From IMG/VR virus record IMGVR_UViG_3300037502_003155, positions 1 to 64,000 of that record: 64,000 nt of DNA. One strand, given 5' to 3'. Numbering within the stretch: the first letter of the stretch is position 1; each line of letters opens with the position of its first letter. Positions 1-10,135 of the stretch are shown here, one piece after another. Position numbers and translations under genes: made by a program. Under the pieces are notes generated by a model. It was not told where the DNA came from. It ran no database searches and saw only the letters and a program-made list of their open reading frames with translations. Origin of the DNA: a virus.

Positions 1-297
1 CCGCCGTGCCAAAAATAGGACTGATTAACGGAGTACCTTGCATGAGCCTCAACAAATCACTACCCCAAACCTAAGGCCCAAGCCACAGCCCGACCAGGTT
101 GCAGCGTTGCACTATACCCCAAAAAAATATCTAGCCCATTGCCTATTTCCCGCCCGCCCGGAACAGATCTCGCAGGGCTAGGTAATCCTCAAGGAGTTGC
201 AAGAACTGCATTTCCAGTAAGTCACGGGGCATTTCGGGCAAGTGTACTCGGTAGCTGCAAAGGGTGAACTCTCGCTCTAGATTAGGGTTGAGCATCG

Positions 298-927
298 CTA
301 CACCTTGGCTAGGGTCACAGTATTGCCCTGGTCTTGGTACTTGCCCCGTCGGGTTTCGTAGCTAACTTCGCAGGGTTCGCCCTCGAAAAACAGGAGTTGG
401 CAGATGCCCTCGTTGGCGTAGACCCGGCAGTCAGCATCGGAGCTATTGGATAGTTCTAGGGTGAGCCAGCCCCGCCAGCCTGCTTCGCCGGGGGTTAGGT
501 TGGCGATGATACCTGCGCGGGCATAGGTCGATTTGCCAATACAGATCACGGTGATGTTGCCCGGTATTTGCAGGCGTTCCACGGCTACCCCAAGTCCGTA
601 TGTGTGGGCAGGCAGGATAAAGAAATCACCCATTTCATCTCTGTGCAAAGGGGCGGGCTCTAGGTTGGCGGGGTTAAACCGTTTGGGGTCTACCACGGTG
701 CCGGGGATATGGCGGAAGATGCGAAAGTCTTTGGGGCTTAGGCGGATGTCGTAGCCGTAGGATGATGAGCCGTAGGAAATAACTTTTCTGTGCTTTCGGA
801 ACATAGGACTTTCAGGCGTTTGGGCGTTGCCGTCTGCATCTACAGCTCGAACCAACAATGGCTCAAACGGTTCAATCATGCCGTTTTCAAGGGCTTGGCG
901 TTCAATCCATTTGTCGTGCTTAATCAC
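298..927 (-). CDS. dcd: dCTP deaminase
   Basis: SYGxSSYGYDIRL, GKSTYARAG, TPxEAGWRGxLTLE and C-terminal GKYQxQ motifs; cyanobacterial type. Confidence 0.95.
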   Translation of the reverse strand: MIKHDKWIERQALENGMIEPFEPLLVRAVDADGNAQTPESPMFRKHRKVISYGSSSYGYDIRLSPKDFRIFRHIPGTVVDPKRFNPANLEPAPLHRDEMGDFFILPAHTYGLGVAVERLQIPGNITVICIGKSTYARAGIIANLTPGEAGWRGWLTLELSNSSDADCRVYANEGICQLLFFEGEPCEVSYETRRGKYQDQGNTVTLAKV

Positions 928-1118
928 GGTTGTTCTCCCGATGTTTGAGGTTTGAAGTCTTCAGCTAGCAGAGGATTGTCCGGTAGGCGATGTGTTTTGC
1001 CGCAATGGGGGCAGATAATCAGCGCTCGATCTACCCACTGGTAATCACCGATTGACCACCATCTATCGCAGGCGTGGCAACGAAAGTGGTATAGAAACTC
1101 AACCGAAACAGTTATCAT
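924..1118 (-). CDS. small zinc-ribbon protein
   Basis: CxxC...CPHC pairs; overlaps neighbouring genes. Confidence 0.6.
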   Translation of the reverse strand: MITVSVEFLYHFRCHACDRWWSIGDYQWVDRALIICPHCGKTHRLPDNPLLAEDFKPQTSGEQP

Positions 1119-1333
1119 TCGGCGTCAGGGATTTGCGTAAACGACTCTAGAAAATTGGCAAGAGTGCGGATGTACAAATCTCCGTTGTAGGAACGGTATT
1201 GAACCCACGGGCCATCTAACCAGCCGCCTCCGGGAATTTTGACCATGCCAATATCAGGGCAGGCTTCCACGGGGTAGCCACCGCCATCTTTGTGTAGCCA
1301 ATGAGAACCAGGCTTAGGGGCGCTAAGGCTCAC
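1115..1333 (-). CDS. hypothetical protein (DUF1653-like)
   Basis: HKDGGxY...VQYRS...YIRxLxNFLESF pattern. Confidence 0.5.
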   Translation of the reverse strand: MSLSAPKPGSHWLHKDGGGYPVEACPDIGMVKIPGGGWLDGPWVQYRSYNGDLYIRTLANFLESFTQIPDAE

Positions 1334-1607
1334 GGTCGTCCTCCAAGATCACATCCAAAAACACCACACTAGCTAGCCCTACAACCGCTAGCAACGTCAA
1401 TCCCCAGAGCATGGCTTTACCCTCCCCACTGTGGCCCCTAGGTCTGTCTCCCGATCAAAGCAGCGTTGGCCCTCCACACGGGGTAGCCATGGTTCCCCAT
1501 CGGTGCCCTCGGTGTAGTGCAGGCAGCTTTCCCGGTAGGGGCATGGTCGCCCATCGGGAGGGAATAGCCCCAGGCAGCGGGGGAATGTTAATTGAAGCAT
1601 TGGCCTC

Positions 1608-2210
1608 CTAGCGGTGAATAATCCACAGCACGGCAATAAAAGCAACCACAAAAATCAGTAACACTTGCAGCCAATAGGGCAACGACCGCACCCAGTTAAT
1701 TGCCGCCTGCACATCGCTGGTGGGGGCCGCAGGGATGTCCGAGGGCAACTCCTCTGGTGGCGTGCAAACCCCTGGCGATACCGCAATGGCGGCGGAGCTA
1801 TCTTCCTTTGATAAAGGATTGTTGCCATAGTTGTTAGGAAAGGTATCGTGTTCCCCATCGGCCACAATAATTCTGTTTTTGCCTAGCCAGAAGACATCAC
1901 CCACCGACAGCGGAAAGGGGGCGCCCACGGGCAACTTTCGCCCCCGCAGGAAGGTACCGTTCTTGCTGTTCACATCGGTGATTGACCAGGCATCGCTAGC
2001 GGGATGGTAGGCGATCACCGCATGGCGGTTGCTGATGTCGCTCACATCAAACCGCACATGGGCCGCAGGGTGACGCCCTAGCAGCCACTCGGTTGCCAAC
2101 GGAGCCCCATCAATCCGTGGGGGCTTTAGCGACTGGCAACGGTCGGCCCACTCCGGATCGGGGAACTCTGGCCCAAATTGCAAGCTCAGCAGCGCGTCAG
2201 TCACCGCCAC
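1608..2210 (-). CDS. FHA-domain protein with C-terminal membrane anchor
   Basis: FHA motifs LGR, ISNRHA and DVNSKNGT; hydrophobic C-terminus. Confidence 0.85.
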   Translation of the reverse strand: MAVTDALLSLQFGPEFPDPEWADRCQSLKPPRIDGAPLATEWLLGRHPAAHVRFDVSDISNRHAVIAYHPASDAWSITDVNSKNGTFLRGRKLPVGAPFPLSVGDVFWLGKNRIIVADGEHDTFPNNYGNNPLSKEDSSAAIAVSPGVCTPPEELPSDIPAAPTSDVQAAINWVRSLPYWLQVLLIFVVAFIAVLWIIHR

Positions 2211-2216
2211 ACCAAC

Positions 2217-2621
2217 TCAGAACAAACTCAATTGTCGTTGGGTCATGGGCTTAGGTGCAGAGTGCAAGGGTGCAGCGGGGGGCGACTCAAGGACGTTATA
2301 GACCTGCCGGATTGAGAGGTGATGCCGTTTTGCGATGGTGGCCACGGGCACACGCGCGGCTCTATCCGCCCGGATCGCTTTGTTGCGAGTTTCTAGAGCA
2401 AACTGCTGGCCTAGCGGTATCAGCAACCGGGAACCGCCAAAGCGCTCACAAAGCAACCTGGCGGCGTGTTCTCCTAGGGCGTCGGTGATAGGATGATCGA
2501 GGTGGCATTGGGGGATGTAGAGTAGATCGCCCCCGTAAATGTCGATTAAGCGGCAGGTAAGCTCGTGGCCAATGAGGTCGATTAGCTCGGCGGTAAACGA
2601 GCCTTTAGCAGTGCTGGGCAT
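2217..2621 (-). CDS. Mor/C-family transcription activator (probable late activator)
   Basis: YGGxxLYIP...FGGxxLxIP...RNxxI plus C-terminal HTH (IAKRHHLSIRQVYNVL); ATG at 2621 preferred. Confidence 0.85.
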   Translation of the reverse strand: MPSTAKGSFTAELIDLIGHELTCRLIDIYGGDLLYIPQCHLDHPITDALGEHAARLLCERFGGSRLLIPLGQQFALETRNKAIRADRAARVPVATIAKRHHLSIRQVYNVLESPPAAPLHSAPKPMTQRQLSLF

Positions 2622-2738
2622 GGTTGGGCTCTGGCTTTTGTTGGGTATTTTCAGTTTATCCAATCGGCAAACGAAAAACCCCGCAGCTTCAATGAGGCTA
2701 CGGGGGTGAGTTATTGAGTTTTGTTTTCAGTGTTTTCG

Positions 2739-3224
2739 CTACGCCGCCACCAACCCCAGCACCGCTTCCACCGAGGGCCGACGCAGCACCAGGATGGCTG
2801 CTAGGGGTATGGCATGGGTGCCGCTGAATCGTTTGCCAGATACCGTGGCTATGTCGCCGTTGATGCGGTCAATAACGAAATCGCTGTACAGCCACGACTG
2901 TAGGTTGTTGTAGTCCTTAAAGGCTTTCTCAATCTTTGCCATGGCCTTCTTATTGTCAGCCGCCTTGGCATCATCCCAATGGCAGGTAAGCCAGCGTTGG
3001 TAGTTAGCGGGAAGCCCGGTGCCCACATCGCCCACGGCTGGCCACAAATGCACGGCTTCGACCATGGTTAGCTTTTCGGTGCCATCGGAGGCTGTCACCA
3101 TCAGCATGACGTTGCCGAACTTATCTCGAAATCGGCGGGTAACGGTGAGGGGAACGCCATAGACCAGGCTCACCATATCGCCTGCCTTGGGGAGGGTTTC
3201 GGGGGGGTAGGTGGAGAAAAGCAT
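2739..3224 (-). CDS. hypothetical protein
   Basis: 161-aa ORF in operon order. Confidence 0.6.
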   Translation of the reverse strand: MLFSTYPPETLPKAGDMVSLVYGVPLTVTRRFRDKFGNVMLMVTASDGTEKLTMVEAVHLWPAVGDVGTGLPANYQRWLTCHWDDAKAADNKKAMAKIEKAFKDYNNLQSWLYSDFVIDRINGDIATVSGKRFSGTHAIPLAAILVLRRPSVEAVLGLVAA

Positions 3225-3226
3225 GG

Positions 3227-4183
3227 TTAGAATGCCTCCATGATCCGCTGCATCATTAGGCAGGGGACGCCATTGCCGATCACCTTGCAGGCCAGGGTGT
3301 TCTTTTCTGGTAAGGCGTAATCGTCCGGCACGGTCTGGAACCGGGCTAGGGCACGGGGCGTCATGCGAACAACACGACCGGATGGGGTGGTGGCTCTGCT
3401 TGCCTTTTTGCCGCTAGAAGCTTTGACGGTATTGGCGGGGTTGGTGCCATCAACTACCGTGACCGTTGCCCCATAGCTGTTGCCAGTGCCGTCTACTAGG
3501 TAGGCTTTGGTATCCGCAGTAGTATTTCCACTTTTTAATACCACTGAGTTCGATTCCCACAAGTTTTTATGCTGACTTAACCTTTCCAACTGCCACGCCG
3601 CAAACTGAGTCTCTGGCAACGTCGGGATTATATCTTCAATCGCCTGATACCACCCTTTCCACGGGCGTACAGGCTCCGGCAACGGCCCAGGGAAGCCACC
3701 CCTCACCGCTCGTAGGATAAGGCGGCGGCGGGTCTGAGGCACCCCCATATCAGCGCTATTAAGCACATCCACATTTACCCAATACCCCAGCCCCCAGAGT
3801 GCATCTACAATCGCCTGAAAGCCCTTTGCTTTGCGGTAGCCCTCGACGTTCTCAAGGGTAACGGTGGACGGTTCTAGCGCCTTGATAGCGTCGATACAGG
3901 CTTGTGCTAGGGCGTCGTTATCGTTGCTGATTTTGCCTGTGCTTTTGGCCACGCTGAAATCTTGGCAGGGGGGCGACATATGGAGATGGTCGGGACGTTC
4001 CAAGGTGGCCCAGTCCATATCCACTACTGAAGATTGGTACACCGGATGCCCTAGATTTTGCTGAGCAACGGCGGCAATAGTGGGGTCTAGCTCCACTCCC
4101 CAGAGGAGGGAGTATCCGGCTTGCTTAGCCCCAATGTCGGCTAAGCCCCCGCCTGTGAATAGCGATGCAAATGTTTTGTTCAT
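3227..4183 (-). CDS. DNA (cytosine-5) methyltransferase, orphan
   Basis: FxGGG, SPPCQ, ENV, QxRxR and IGNGV motifs. Confidence 0.93.
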   Translation of the reverse strand: MNKTFASLFTGGGLADIGAKQAGYSLLWGVELDPTIAAVAQQNLGHPVYQSSVVDMDWATLERPDHLHMSPPCQDFSVAKSTGKISNDNDALAQACIDAIKALEPSTVTLENVEGYRKAKGFQAIVDALWGLGYWVNVDVLNSADMGVPQTRRRLILRAVRGGFPGPLPEPVRPWKGWYQAIEDIIPTLPETQFAAWQLERLSQHKNLWESNSVVLKSGNTTADTKAYLVDGTGNSYGATVTVVDGTNPANTVKASSGKKASRATTPSGRVVRMTPRALARFQTVPDDYALPEKNTLACKVIGNGVPCLMMQRIMEAF

Positions 4184-4270
4184 TGTCTTTTGTTGGTTGG
4201 GTTACGCCCGCCTATTTTTGGTGGTGAATCGCGTATAACCTAGGCGGGCTGGGGGTTATACGCCCGACGG

Positions 4271-5197
4271 TTAGGCTGCGTCCTTGCGTTGCTGGGCCTC
4301 GGCTTCTAATCGTTGGAACTCGGATGCCCAGGGGATGTTTATTACCATGTTTAGGATATAGATTTTTAATGCCCCAACGGACGCTGGATCAACAAAACAA
4401 TAGATTGCATCTTCAAAGTTCTGAAAACCTTTAATCATGCACGATGCGCACAGCCAGGAGATTACAATTTCGCTTAAAATCCCTACAGCTTTTTTGGAAA
4501 ACAAAAAGTTTAAGGCCTCCGTAATAACCTTGATGTCAATCCCAGACTTTACAACAACCTCAAGGTGGGCAAACGTGGCCTTAATTAGCCCCTTGTAGTT
4601 TGGATGGACATCTTCACTAAGCTTGATGTCTTCCCATTTAGAGTTGCTGATCTCCAAAACAGTAGAGATGTAAGAACTGACATATTCATGATCAAACTGA
4701 AAATCAGTCAGGAGTGCCGTTAATCGGCTTGCCCATTCTTCCATTTCGCTAGAGTACATAGCATCTCTTTGCAATCTGTATATGGAAGAAAAAGGTTCTA
4801 AAACAAATTCACCATTATCGCCAATTGCAAATTCACCATTATCGCCAATTGACGGCATAACTGAATCGCTTAAAGCCCGCCAAAACCACCGCTGCAACAG
4901 CTTCAACCGTTGCCCCCGTGCCTGGGCGGCAATCTTGGCCCGGTCTTTCTCGGTGTAGCCATTGACACTCAACTCGCACCCGGCGACCTGTTCCCTAGAA
5001 GTGCCTTTGAAGTGGCACCAATGGGGGCCAATCTGGTACGCCTTGCCCTTCACCGATTCCCTCTGGCCACCGATGCGAAGGTACACAGGCTCCTTGCAGT
5101 TGGGGCATAGGGGCACCATCTCCTTAAAGCTGTCGTAATCACAATCCACGGCGGCTACCAGTTCACCGCCGTACTTCATTGCCGATGCGTATTTCAT
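4271..5197 (-). CDS. hypothetical protein with N-terminal Zn-finger (CoiA-like)
   Basis: CPNCKEPV...HxxH...C N-terminus; AT-richer body. Confidence 0.6.
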   Translation of the reverse strand: MKYASAMKYGGELVAAVDCDYDSFKEMVPLCPNCKEPVYLRIGGQRESVKGKAYQIGPHWCHFKGTSREQVAGCELSVNGYTEKDRAKIAAQARGQRLKLLQRWFWRALSDSVMPSIGDNGEFAIGDNGEFVLEPFSSIYRLQRDAMYSSEMEEWASRLTALLTDFQFDHEYVSSYISTVLEISNSKWEDIKLSEDVHPNYKGLIKATFAHLEVVVKSGIDIKVITEALNFLFSKKAVGILSEIVISWLCASCMIKGFQNFEDAIYCFVDPASVGALKIYILNMVINIPWASEFQRLEAEAQQRKDAA

Positions 5198-5283
5198 GGT
5201 TACTTATCCTTTGTTGGTTGGGACGGATCAGATTTTTTTGGAAAAAGGGCGGTTAAACCCTTGCACTCCGGCCAGTTCACGGA

Positions 5284-6588
5284 TCAGAAAATGCTTAAGC
5301 CTAGCTGGGTTTCTTCGGTGTCATCCTCAATCATTCGCATCCAATCAATAAAGCCTTCGATACGCTTGCGTTCTTCTGCGGTTAGCCTGCCCGCCGTCTT
5401 GCGCTTGTGAAGTTCAAGTGACATTGGAACGCAGTTGTCATAAACGTTTCGGGATTCATTCCCGTCCCAATGGTCAAACTGCATGGGGCTGATTTTGTCT
5501 CCGTTGGCGTCAATGATTTGAATGTTCCGGTTGCCAAGGCAACCACCCCCACGGGTGTACTCGTAAAAAAGTCGTCCTACTCGCTTTTGCACCGACAGCG
5601 GAAACTGACGCCGTTTATTTTCGGGGGTTTTCTCCTGAAGCTCGGTTTTTATTACCTCAAGCTGCTGATTGAACTGCTGTTGCATGATTTCAATAGCCGT
5701 CAGCACTGTAGACACTCCATTGTCCAGGCTTTCCCCAATCTCACTTACAGCCGCCGTTAGTTGCTGCTCTGCCTCGTTCCTGGCTACCCGCCGGACAACG
5801 TTTTCAAGATTGGCGGGGTCAATGGATGTTTGGAGGGACTCACCTTTGACCGCCGCCCGAAACCGCTGCTCAGCCTCCATGAAATACTTTCGGATCAATG
5901 GCCCCCGCTTAGCCCCCGCCCGGAGGCAGAAATCCTTGAAGCACTCAGCACTGAGGCGGATTTGTTCGGAGACCACAAAGCCACCCTGGGGAACCGGATC
6001 GTGAATCTTCACGATCCGGTAATCAGAGCCCGCTTTGTAACCCAGCTTCAGCAGCGCTGCTTTAGCGTTTCGCTTTTGGTCTGAGGGCTTGCCGCTATAC
6101 CCCAGCCACCGTGCGGCCTCTCCCAGGTCTACGGGGAACGGGTCTGAGCTTAGGTCGATAGCGTCAATCGTTAGGTAAATTTCGGCTAGTTCCTTTTCTA
6201 GCTCCCTCTGCTCCGATGCTTCATCCACCCGTGCGGTGTAGGCAAGATCGATAGACGGCACGGCGGCTTTGGTGGCATGGGTGGGGGCTAAAGAGTAGTC
6301 GATAAACTTCAGGGGCAAACCCTCGGAGCTGGTTACTTTGGGAAAGTAGGGAAAGATTCGGTCTAGAAAATCCTTGGTAAGTGTATTGTTATTCCTCCTG
6401 AGTACATACTCTTTCCTTAGGCTGTCATTGCCATGTGTTGACTTAAAGAAGTCGCAGGCACGGAGAAATCCGTTCAGGAGACTTTCCCTTTTGGTGTACG
6501 GTTTTTTGCCATCCCTACTACTCTGGCTATGGCGGGTATAGCAAATCATCTGCATAAGTTGATCGATGGTATAGGTAGGTTCAGTCAT
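5284..6588 (-). CDS. antirepressor-like (AntA/B-type) protein with C-terminal HNH-like motif
   Basis: FPVDLxxAxxWLGYS..KxxAK...IRxYF; C-terminal DHWDGN..N...N..P....H; ATG at 6588 has an SD. Confidence 0.6.
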   Translation of the reverse strand: MTEPTYTIDQLMQMICYTRHSQSSRDGKKPYTKRESLLNGFLRACDFFKSTHGNDSLRKEYVLRRNNNTLTKDFLDRIFPYFPKVTSSEGLPLKFIDYSLAPTHATKAAVPSIDLAYTARVDEASEQRELEKELAEIYLTIDAIDLSSDPFPVDLGEAARWLGYSGKPSDQKRNAKAALLKLGYKAGSDYRIVKIHDPVPQGGFVVSEQIRLSAECFKDFCLRAGAKRGPLIRKYFMEAEQRFRAAVKGESLQTSIDPANLENVVRRVARNEAEQQLTAAVSEIGESLDNGVSTVLTAIEIMQQQFNQQLEVIKTELQEKTPENKRRQFPLSVQKRVGRLFYEYTRGGGCLGNRNIQIIDANGDKISPMQFDHWDGNESRNVYDNCVPMSLELHKRKTAGRLTAEERKRIEGFIDWMRMIEDDTEETQLGLSIF

Positions 6589-6607
6589 TGTCCTTTGTTG
6601 GTAAACG

Positions 6608-7117
6608 TCAAAACTCCTCACACTGCGCGAGGGCTTGTTCTAAGCCCCCATGCATCGCGATCCATTCGGCCACATTCTGGGGTGACTGGGTCTGCCCCCG
6701 TGCCTGGCGGCGTTGCTCGGCCCAGGCCCGCTCACGTTTGGCCACGGCTTCTTTCCATGAGTTCATCCAGTCGTAGAACTCCCAAGCCGTTATCCGAGAA
6801 GGGTCTGATCTCTTCAATGGCGCATTAAACGCCCGCCAGACGTTTCGCTCTACTAGGGTCATGTTCTCCATAGCAAAGCGCTTTTCCTCGGTCATGTAGA
6901 TTCCATGCTTGCCCTGCGCCTCAGCATGGCGGTTGTAGGTCTCTACTACCGATCTATGGGTCTCGGCCTTGCAATGGGCTTTAGCGGCCTCATACTGGCG
7001 CTGTAGCTCATGGAATGCCCAGCCTTGCCCTCCTACATCCGGGTGCAGGATACTAGCTAACTCTCGGTAGCGGGCCTTAACCTCCGCTACCGATTGGCAA
7101 TGAGTGAATAGTTCCAT
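6608..7117 (-). CDS. J-domain (DnaJ-like) protein
   Basis: VKARYRELASILHPDVGG...F..LQ..YE. Confidence 0.8.
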   Translation of the reverse strand: MELFTHCQSVAEVKARYRELASILHPDVGGQGWAFHELQRQYEAAKAHCKAETHRSVVETYNRHAEAQGKHGIYMTEEKRFAMENMTLVERNVWRAFNAPLKRSDPSRITAWEFYDWMNSWKEAVAKRERAWAEQRRQARGQTQSPQNVAEWIAMHGGLEQALAQCEEF

Positions 7118-7119
7118 GG

Positions 7120-9921
7120 TTAGAACTCCTCAAAGCCATAGTCTTTGAAGTTGTCGGGGTTTAGCCCGGTGTAGTCAGGCGGAGCGGATCCATTCTGGTG
7201 ATGACCATTGGTAGAACCATTCCCATTGGTGCTATGGGGTGGGGATTGATTTTGAGAGATAGGAATAGAGTGCTCTACTTCTCCATTATTTGATTGGTCA
7301 GTAAATCCATTTTCATTACTGACATACTCAAAACCCTTATTCCTCGTATCTTTCAGGGATGTATCAGGCGGTTGGTCAATCGATTGGTCAGCGTCAGTCA
7401 GTGGTTCACTGACCAATCGTAAGCCTTGATGTTCAGGGATTTGAGCGTCGTCAGTCAGTTGGTCAGTAGATTTTGAGCAATGATTTTCAAAAGCGTGGTA
7501 GGTCACGCGCTTGCGACCATTGCTGGTAATGGCCTCCCGAACCTCGCCCCAACCGTTGTCTGCAAGCTCATGGAAAAGGGTTAGACAGAATGCGGCGGGC
7601 TTCATCCCTTCGGCCCGTGCCATCTTGTCTACGCGGCTACCAGCGGGGCCACGGGCAACATCTCTGGGGGTAATGCCCTCGCCACTACAGCAGGCAACCT
7701 CTTGAATTTTGGCCAGGATGCCTTCAACGCCATCGGAAGCCGATGCCCCCATCAGGTAGTAGAAATGCCGTTGATAGTGCTGAGCCATGTGGTAGGCCCG
7801 CGCCATGGTGTCAGAGGTAAGCGTTTGGGTAGCCTTGCTGCGGTCGTAATAGCATTCGATGGCATGAATGGCCATCGCCAATCGCAGGGTGTGCCCAGGC
7901 AGCTTCAGGAGCCACGGTTCAACGTTTCCGCTAGGGGGCTTCTGGTTCAGAAAATCTTCGGCCACCTCGGTAAACAGATCATCGGCCTCTGTCGTGGGGG
8001 TGATGGTTCCCCAGTCCACAGAGTCAATGAATTGGTAGACCTTAGCCAATTCAACGGGTAGCACCGAGGCTCCCTTAAATCGCTTATAGGGAATACGTGC
8101 AGGCACTACGCACAGGCTGCGGCCCAACGTACCGTTAGCGTCTTCCTTGGTTTCAAAGATTTTGGAAAAGATCTTGAGTTGAATGCCGCCCGCTAGCGAC
8201 ATCCTGGACGACTCAACAGCAAAAGAACGATCTTCGTCGGCCCGATCAACCATGATGGCCCCACCGTCCCAGCTTTCCAAAAGCATTTCAGGGCCGTCGC
8301 TGTCTTTGCTGTACTGGGTTAGCCCCTTAAACAGCCCTGCCACCTCATCCCTCACCCACACCATGCCGTTGTTTTCCTGGTCGGCAAGGCGACGCACCAC
8401 GCCCTCAGGGGTACTTTGGGCGACCATCCACCGACGGCACTTGGGCTTTGGGTTTGGGGTGCTATCGTCGCTCTTGTCTTTGGCTTTTGCCTTTTCCTGC
8501 TGCGCCCAGTCGTCAACCCGGAGCTTCCAATTCTCAAACTCTTCAATGTTCCATTTTTCAATGGGGCGCATCACCAGGTTTTTTGCACGGCTTTTCCCGG
8601 TGCCAGAGTCCCCGATCAGAAGGCTCCAAGCGATATTAGGAACCCGGTAGCCCGACATATCTAGCCATGTGTCGCGCCCCATCATGCTCAGCGTGGCAGG
8701 GAGGAGGTAAGCCCAGATCGCCATCGGGTCGATGGAGTTGCGGGCGGCATCCGACCGCGCCATCTTCGCCAGTCGTTCCGGCAACCACAAGAACGGGTCA
8801 AAGCTACCGGGGCTAGTCATCGCCTGCCGGAACCGTGCCCATTCCTGGTCAGTGATCAGGGATTCTTCTGTGTCCTTTTCAGAAATATCATCTTTAGATT
8901 TTACTGACTGACTGACTGACGAGCCGGAATCCTTGCCCTGCCTAGTTTTGAGTTTGTCAGAATCCTCCTGACCAACGGTGACTGACTTACTGACCAATGG
9001 TGCCCAACCGTTCTTCTTAGCCAAGTACCCTAGGGTGCCAAGGCTACGCCCAGAACGCTCAAACCGTGCCCAGCGGTAGGCACAAGCCTTTGCGTCGTAA
9101 TTGGTAGCCCCCTTACTCCAGGACTCCCAATCTTCTAGCAAATCCGGGCTAACGCTGTGCAGCGCCATCCCCACATGCAGCCAGGTGTCATAGTCTGCGG
9201 TGGCAGGAATAGCTGCCAGGTATTCCCGCGCCCAGTCAATATCTGAATATCCCTTATAGGATTTCGCTGACTGACTGACTGACGAGCTAGCTGACGAACC
9301 CTGCCTAGACTTGGGTTCATCAGCCACGCTCTGACTAACTCTGACCGACTCGCTGACTTGCTGACTGACTAGCATTTGCTCAATCATCCACAGCGGAGCA
9401 GTGGTGATGGACTCAGCATCGTAAAGCCACTTGTAGCCAGCCGTAGCAGGGTGCGCCCCCATGACGATGCTTTGGCACCCATCCCAGCGAAACTCTAGCT
9501 GCTCAGGCTTGCCATCCTCGCCAAAAGCCCCGGTCGGCACCTTGTGAGTTTGGATGCCTCCCCAAAACATCTCAGGCACACGGTAAACATACTGCGCCCG
9601 ACCAGCGCGCCCGCTGGAAATCACCAAGGTTGATGGCAGGGCATTATCGACCGATTCCCCAGACAACTGCTCAATCAGCGCTGTGCAGCTAGGGCCATCA
9701 TGATCCACGAACAGCAAACCGCCCGACGGTGTGCCACAAAGAACACCCACGGCATGGCAGCGACTAGCCTTAACCTCTGCTCCAACCTGATCCTTATTCA
9801 GCGGATTTTTTTGCCAAGCCTTTTGATAGGGCTGTTTCTTCCGTCCACAGGCGACCAATCCCCACTGCTCAGGGAGTAGATCCAAATTGATAATGCCAGC
9901 CTTCAAGGTTTCGTTGTTCAT
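7120..9921 (-). CDS. bifunctional primase-polymerase / PriCT-2 / DUF3987 helicase-like replication protein
   Basis: N-terminal prim-pol (DHD; GAHP), PriCT-2 (YDTWLHVGMALH), Walker A GDSGTGKS, DE motif, C-terminal wHTH. Confidence 0.88.
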   Translation of the reverse strand: MNNETLKAGIINLDLLPEQWGLVACGRKKQPYQKAWQKNPLNKDQVGAEVKASRCHAVGVLCGTPSGGLLFVDHDGPSCTALIEQLSGESVDNALPSTLVISSGRAGRAQYVYRVPEMFWGGIQTHKVPTGAFGEDGKPEQLEFRWDGCQSIVMGAHPATAGYKWLYDAESITTAPLWMIEQMLVSQQVSESVRVSQSVADEPKSRQGSSASSSVSQSAKSYKGYSDIDWAREYLAAIPATADYDTWLHVGMALHSVSPDLLEDWESWSKGATNYDAKACAYRWARFERSGRSLGTLGYLAKKNGWAPLVSKSVTVGQEDSDKLKTRQGKDSGSSVSQSVKSKDDISEKDTEESLITDQEWARFRQAMTSPGSFDPFLWLPERLAKMARSDAARNSIDPMAIWAYLLPATLSMMGRDTWLDMSGYRVPNIAWSLLIGDSGTGKSRAKNLVMRPIEKWNIEEFENWKLRVDDWAQQEKAKAKDKSDDSTPNPKPKCRRWMVAQSTPEGVVRRLADQENNGMVWVRDEVAGLFKGLTQYSKDSDGPEMLLESWDGGAIMVDRADEDRSFAVESSRMSLAGGIQLKIFSKIFETKEDANGTLGRSLCVVPARIPYKRFKGASVLPVELAKVYQFIDSVDWGTITPTTEADDLFTEVAEDFLNQKPPSGNVEPWLLKLPGHTLRLAMAIHAIECYYDRSKATQTLTSDTMARAYHMAQHYQRHFYYLMGASASDGVEGILAKIQEVACCSGEGITPRDVARGPAGSRVDKMARAEGMKPAAFCLTLFHELADNGWGEVREAITSNGRKRVTYHAFENHCSKSTDQLTDDAQIPEHQGLRLVSEPLTDADQSIDQPPDTSLKDTRNKGFEYVSNENGFTDQSNNGEVEHSIPISQNQSPPHSTNGNGSTNGHHQNGSAPPDYTGLNPDNFKDYGFEEF

Positions 9922-10092
9922 GGCTACACCCCCTGAAAAGCTAGGGTTGCCACGAAATACAGGCAATTAAGCCTGAAATGCGCTAAACTATTCATAATTA
10001 TCCTACTTGTTTTTTGATTCGTCGGGGTGGTATCCGACTTTCACTATTCTAAGGCGTTCTGCCTTTCTGTGTTTCATTTCTGTGGTTCATTC

Positions 10093-10121
10093 CCCCCGGC
10101 TAATCACCGGGGGATTTTTTT
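10093..10121 (+). terminator. intrinsic terminator-like hairpin
   Basis: CCCCCGG-loop-CCGGGGG followed by a T run. Confidence 0.5.
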
Positions 10122-10135
10122 AGCCCACGGCCTTG

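Noticed and set aside
4804-4851. 24-bp tandem duplication (IGDNGEF x2); also an 18-bp duplication at about 22177-22212
   Set aside because: Simple in-frame slippage events with no further structure.
9960-9986. eleventh late-promoter dyad upstream of the primase
   Set aside because: Only a half site matches (TTAGCGCATTTC-AGGCT); insufficient support.
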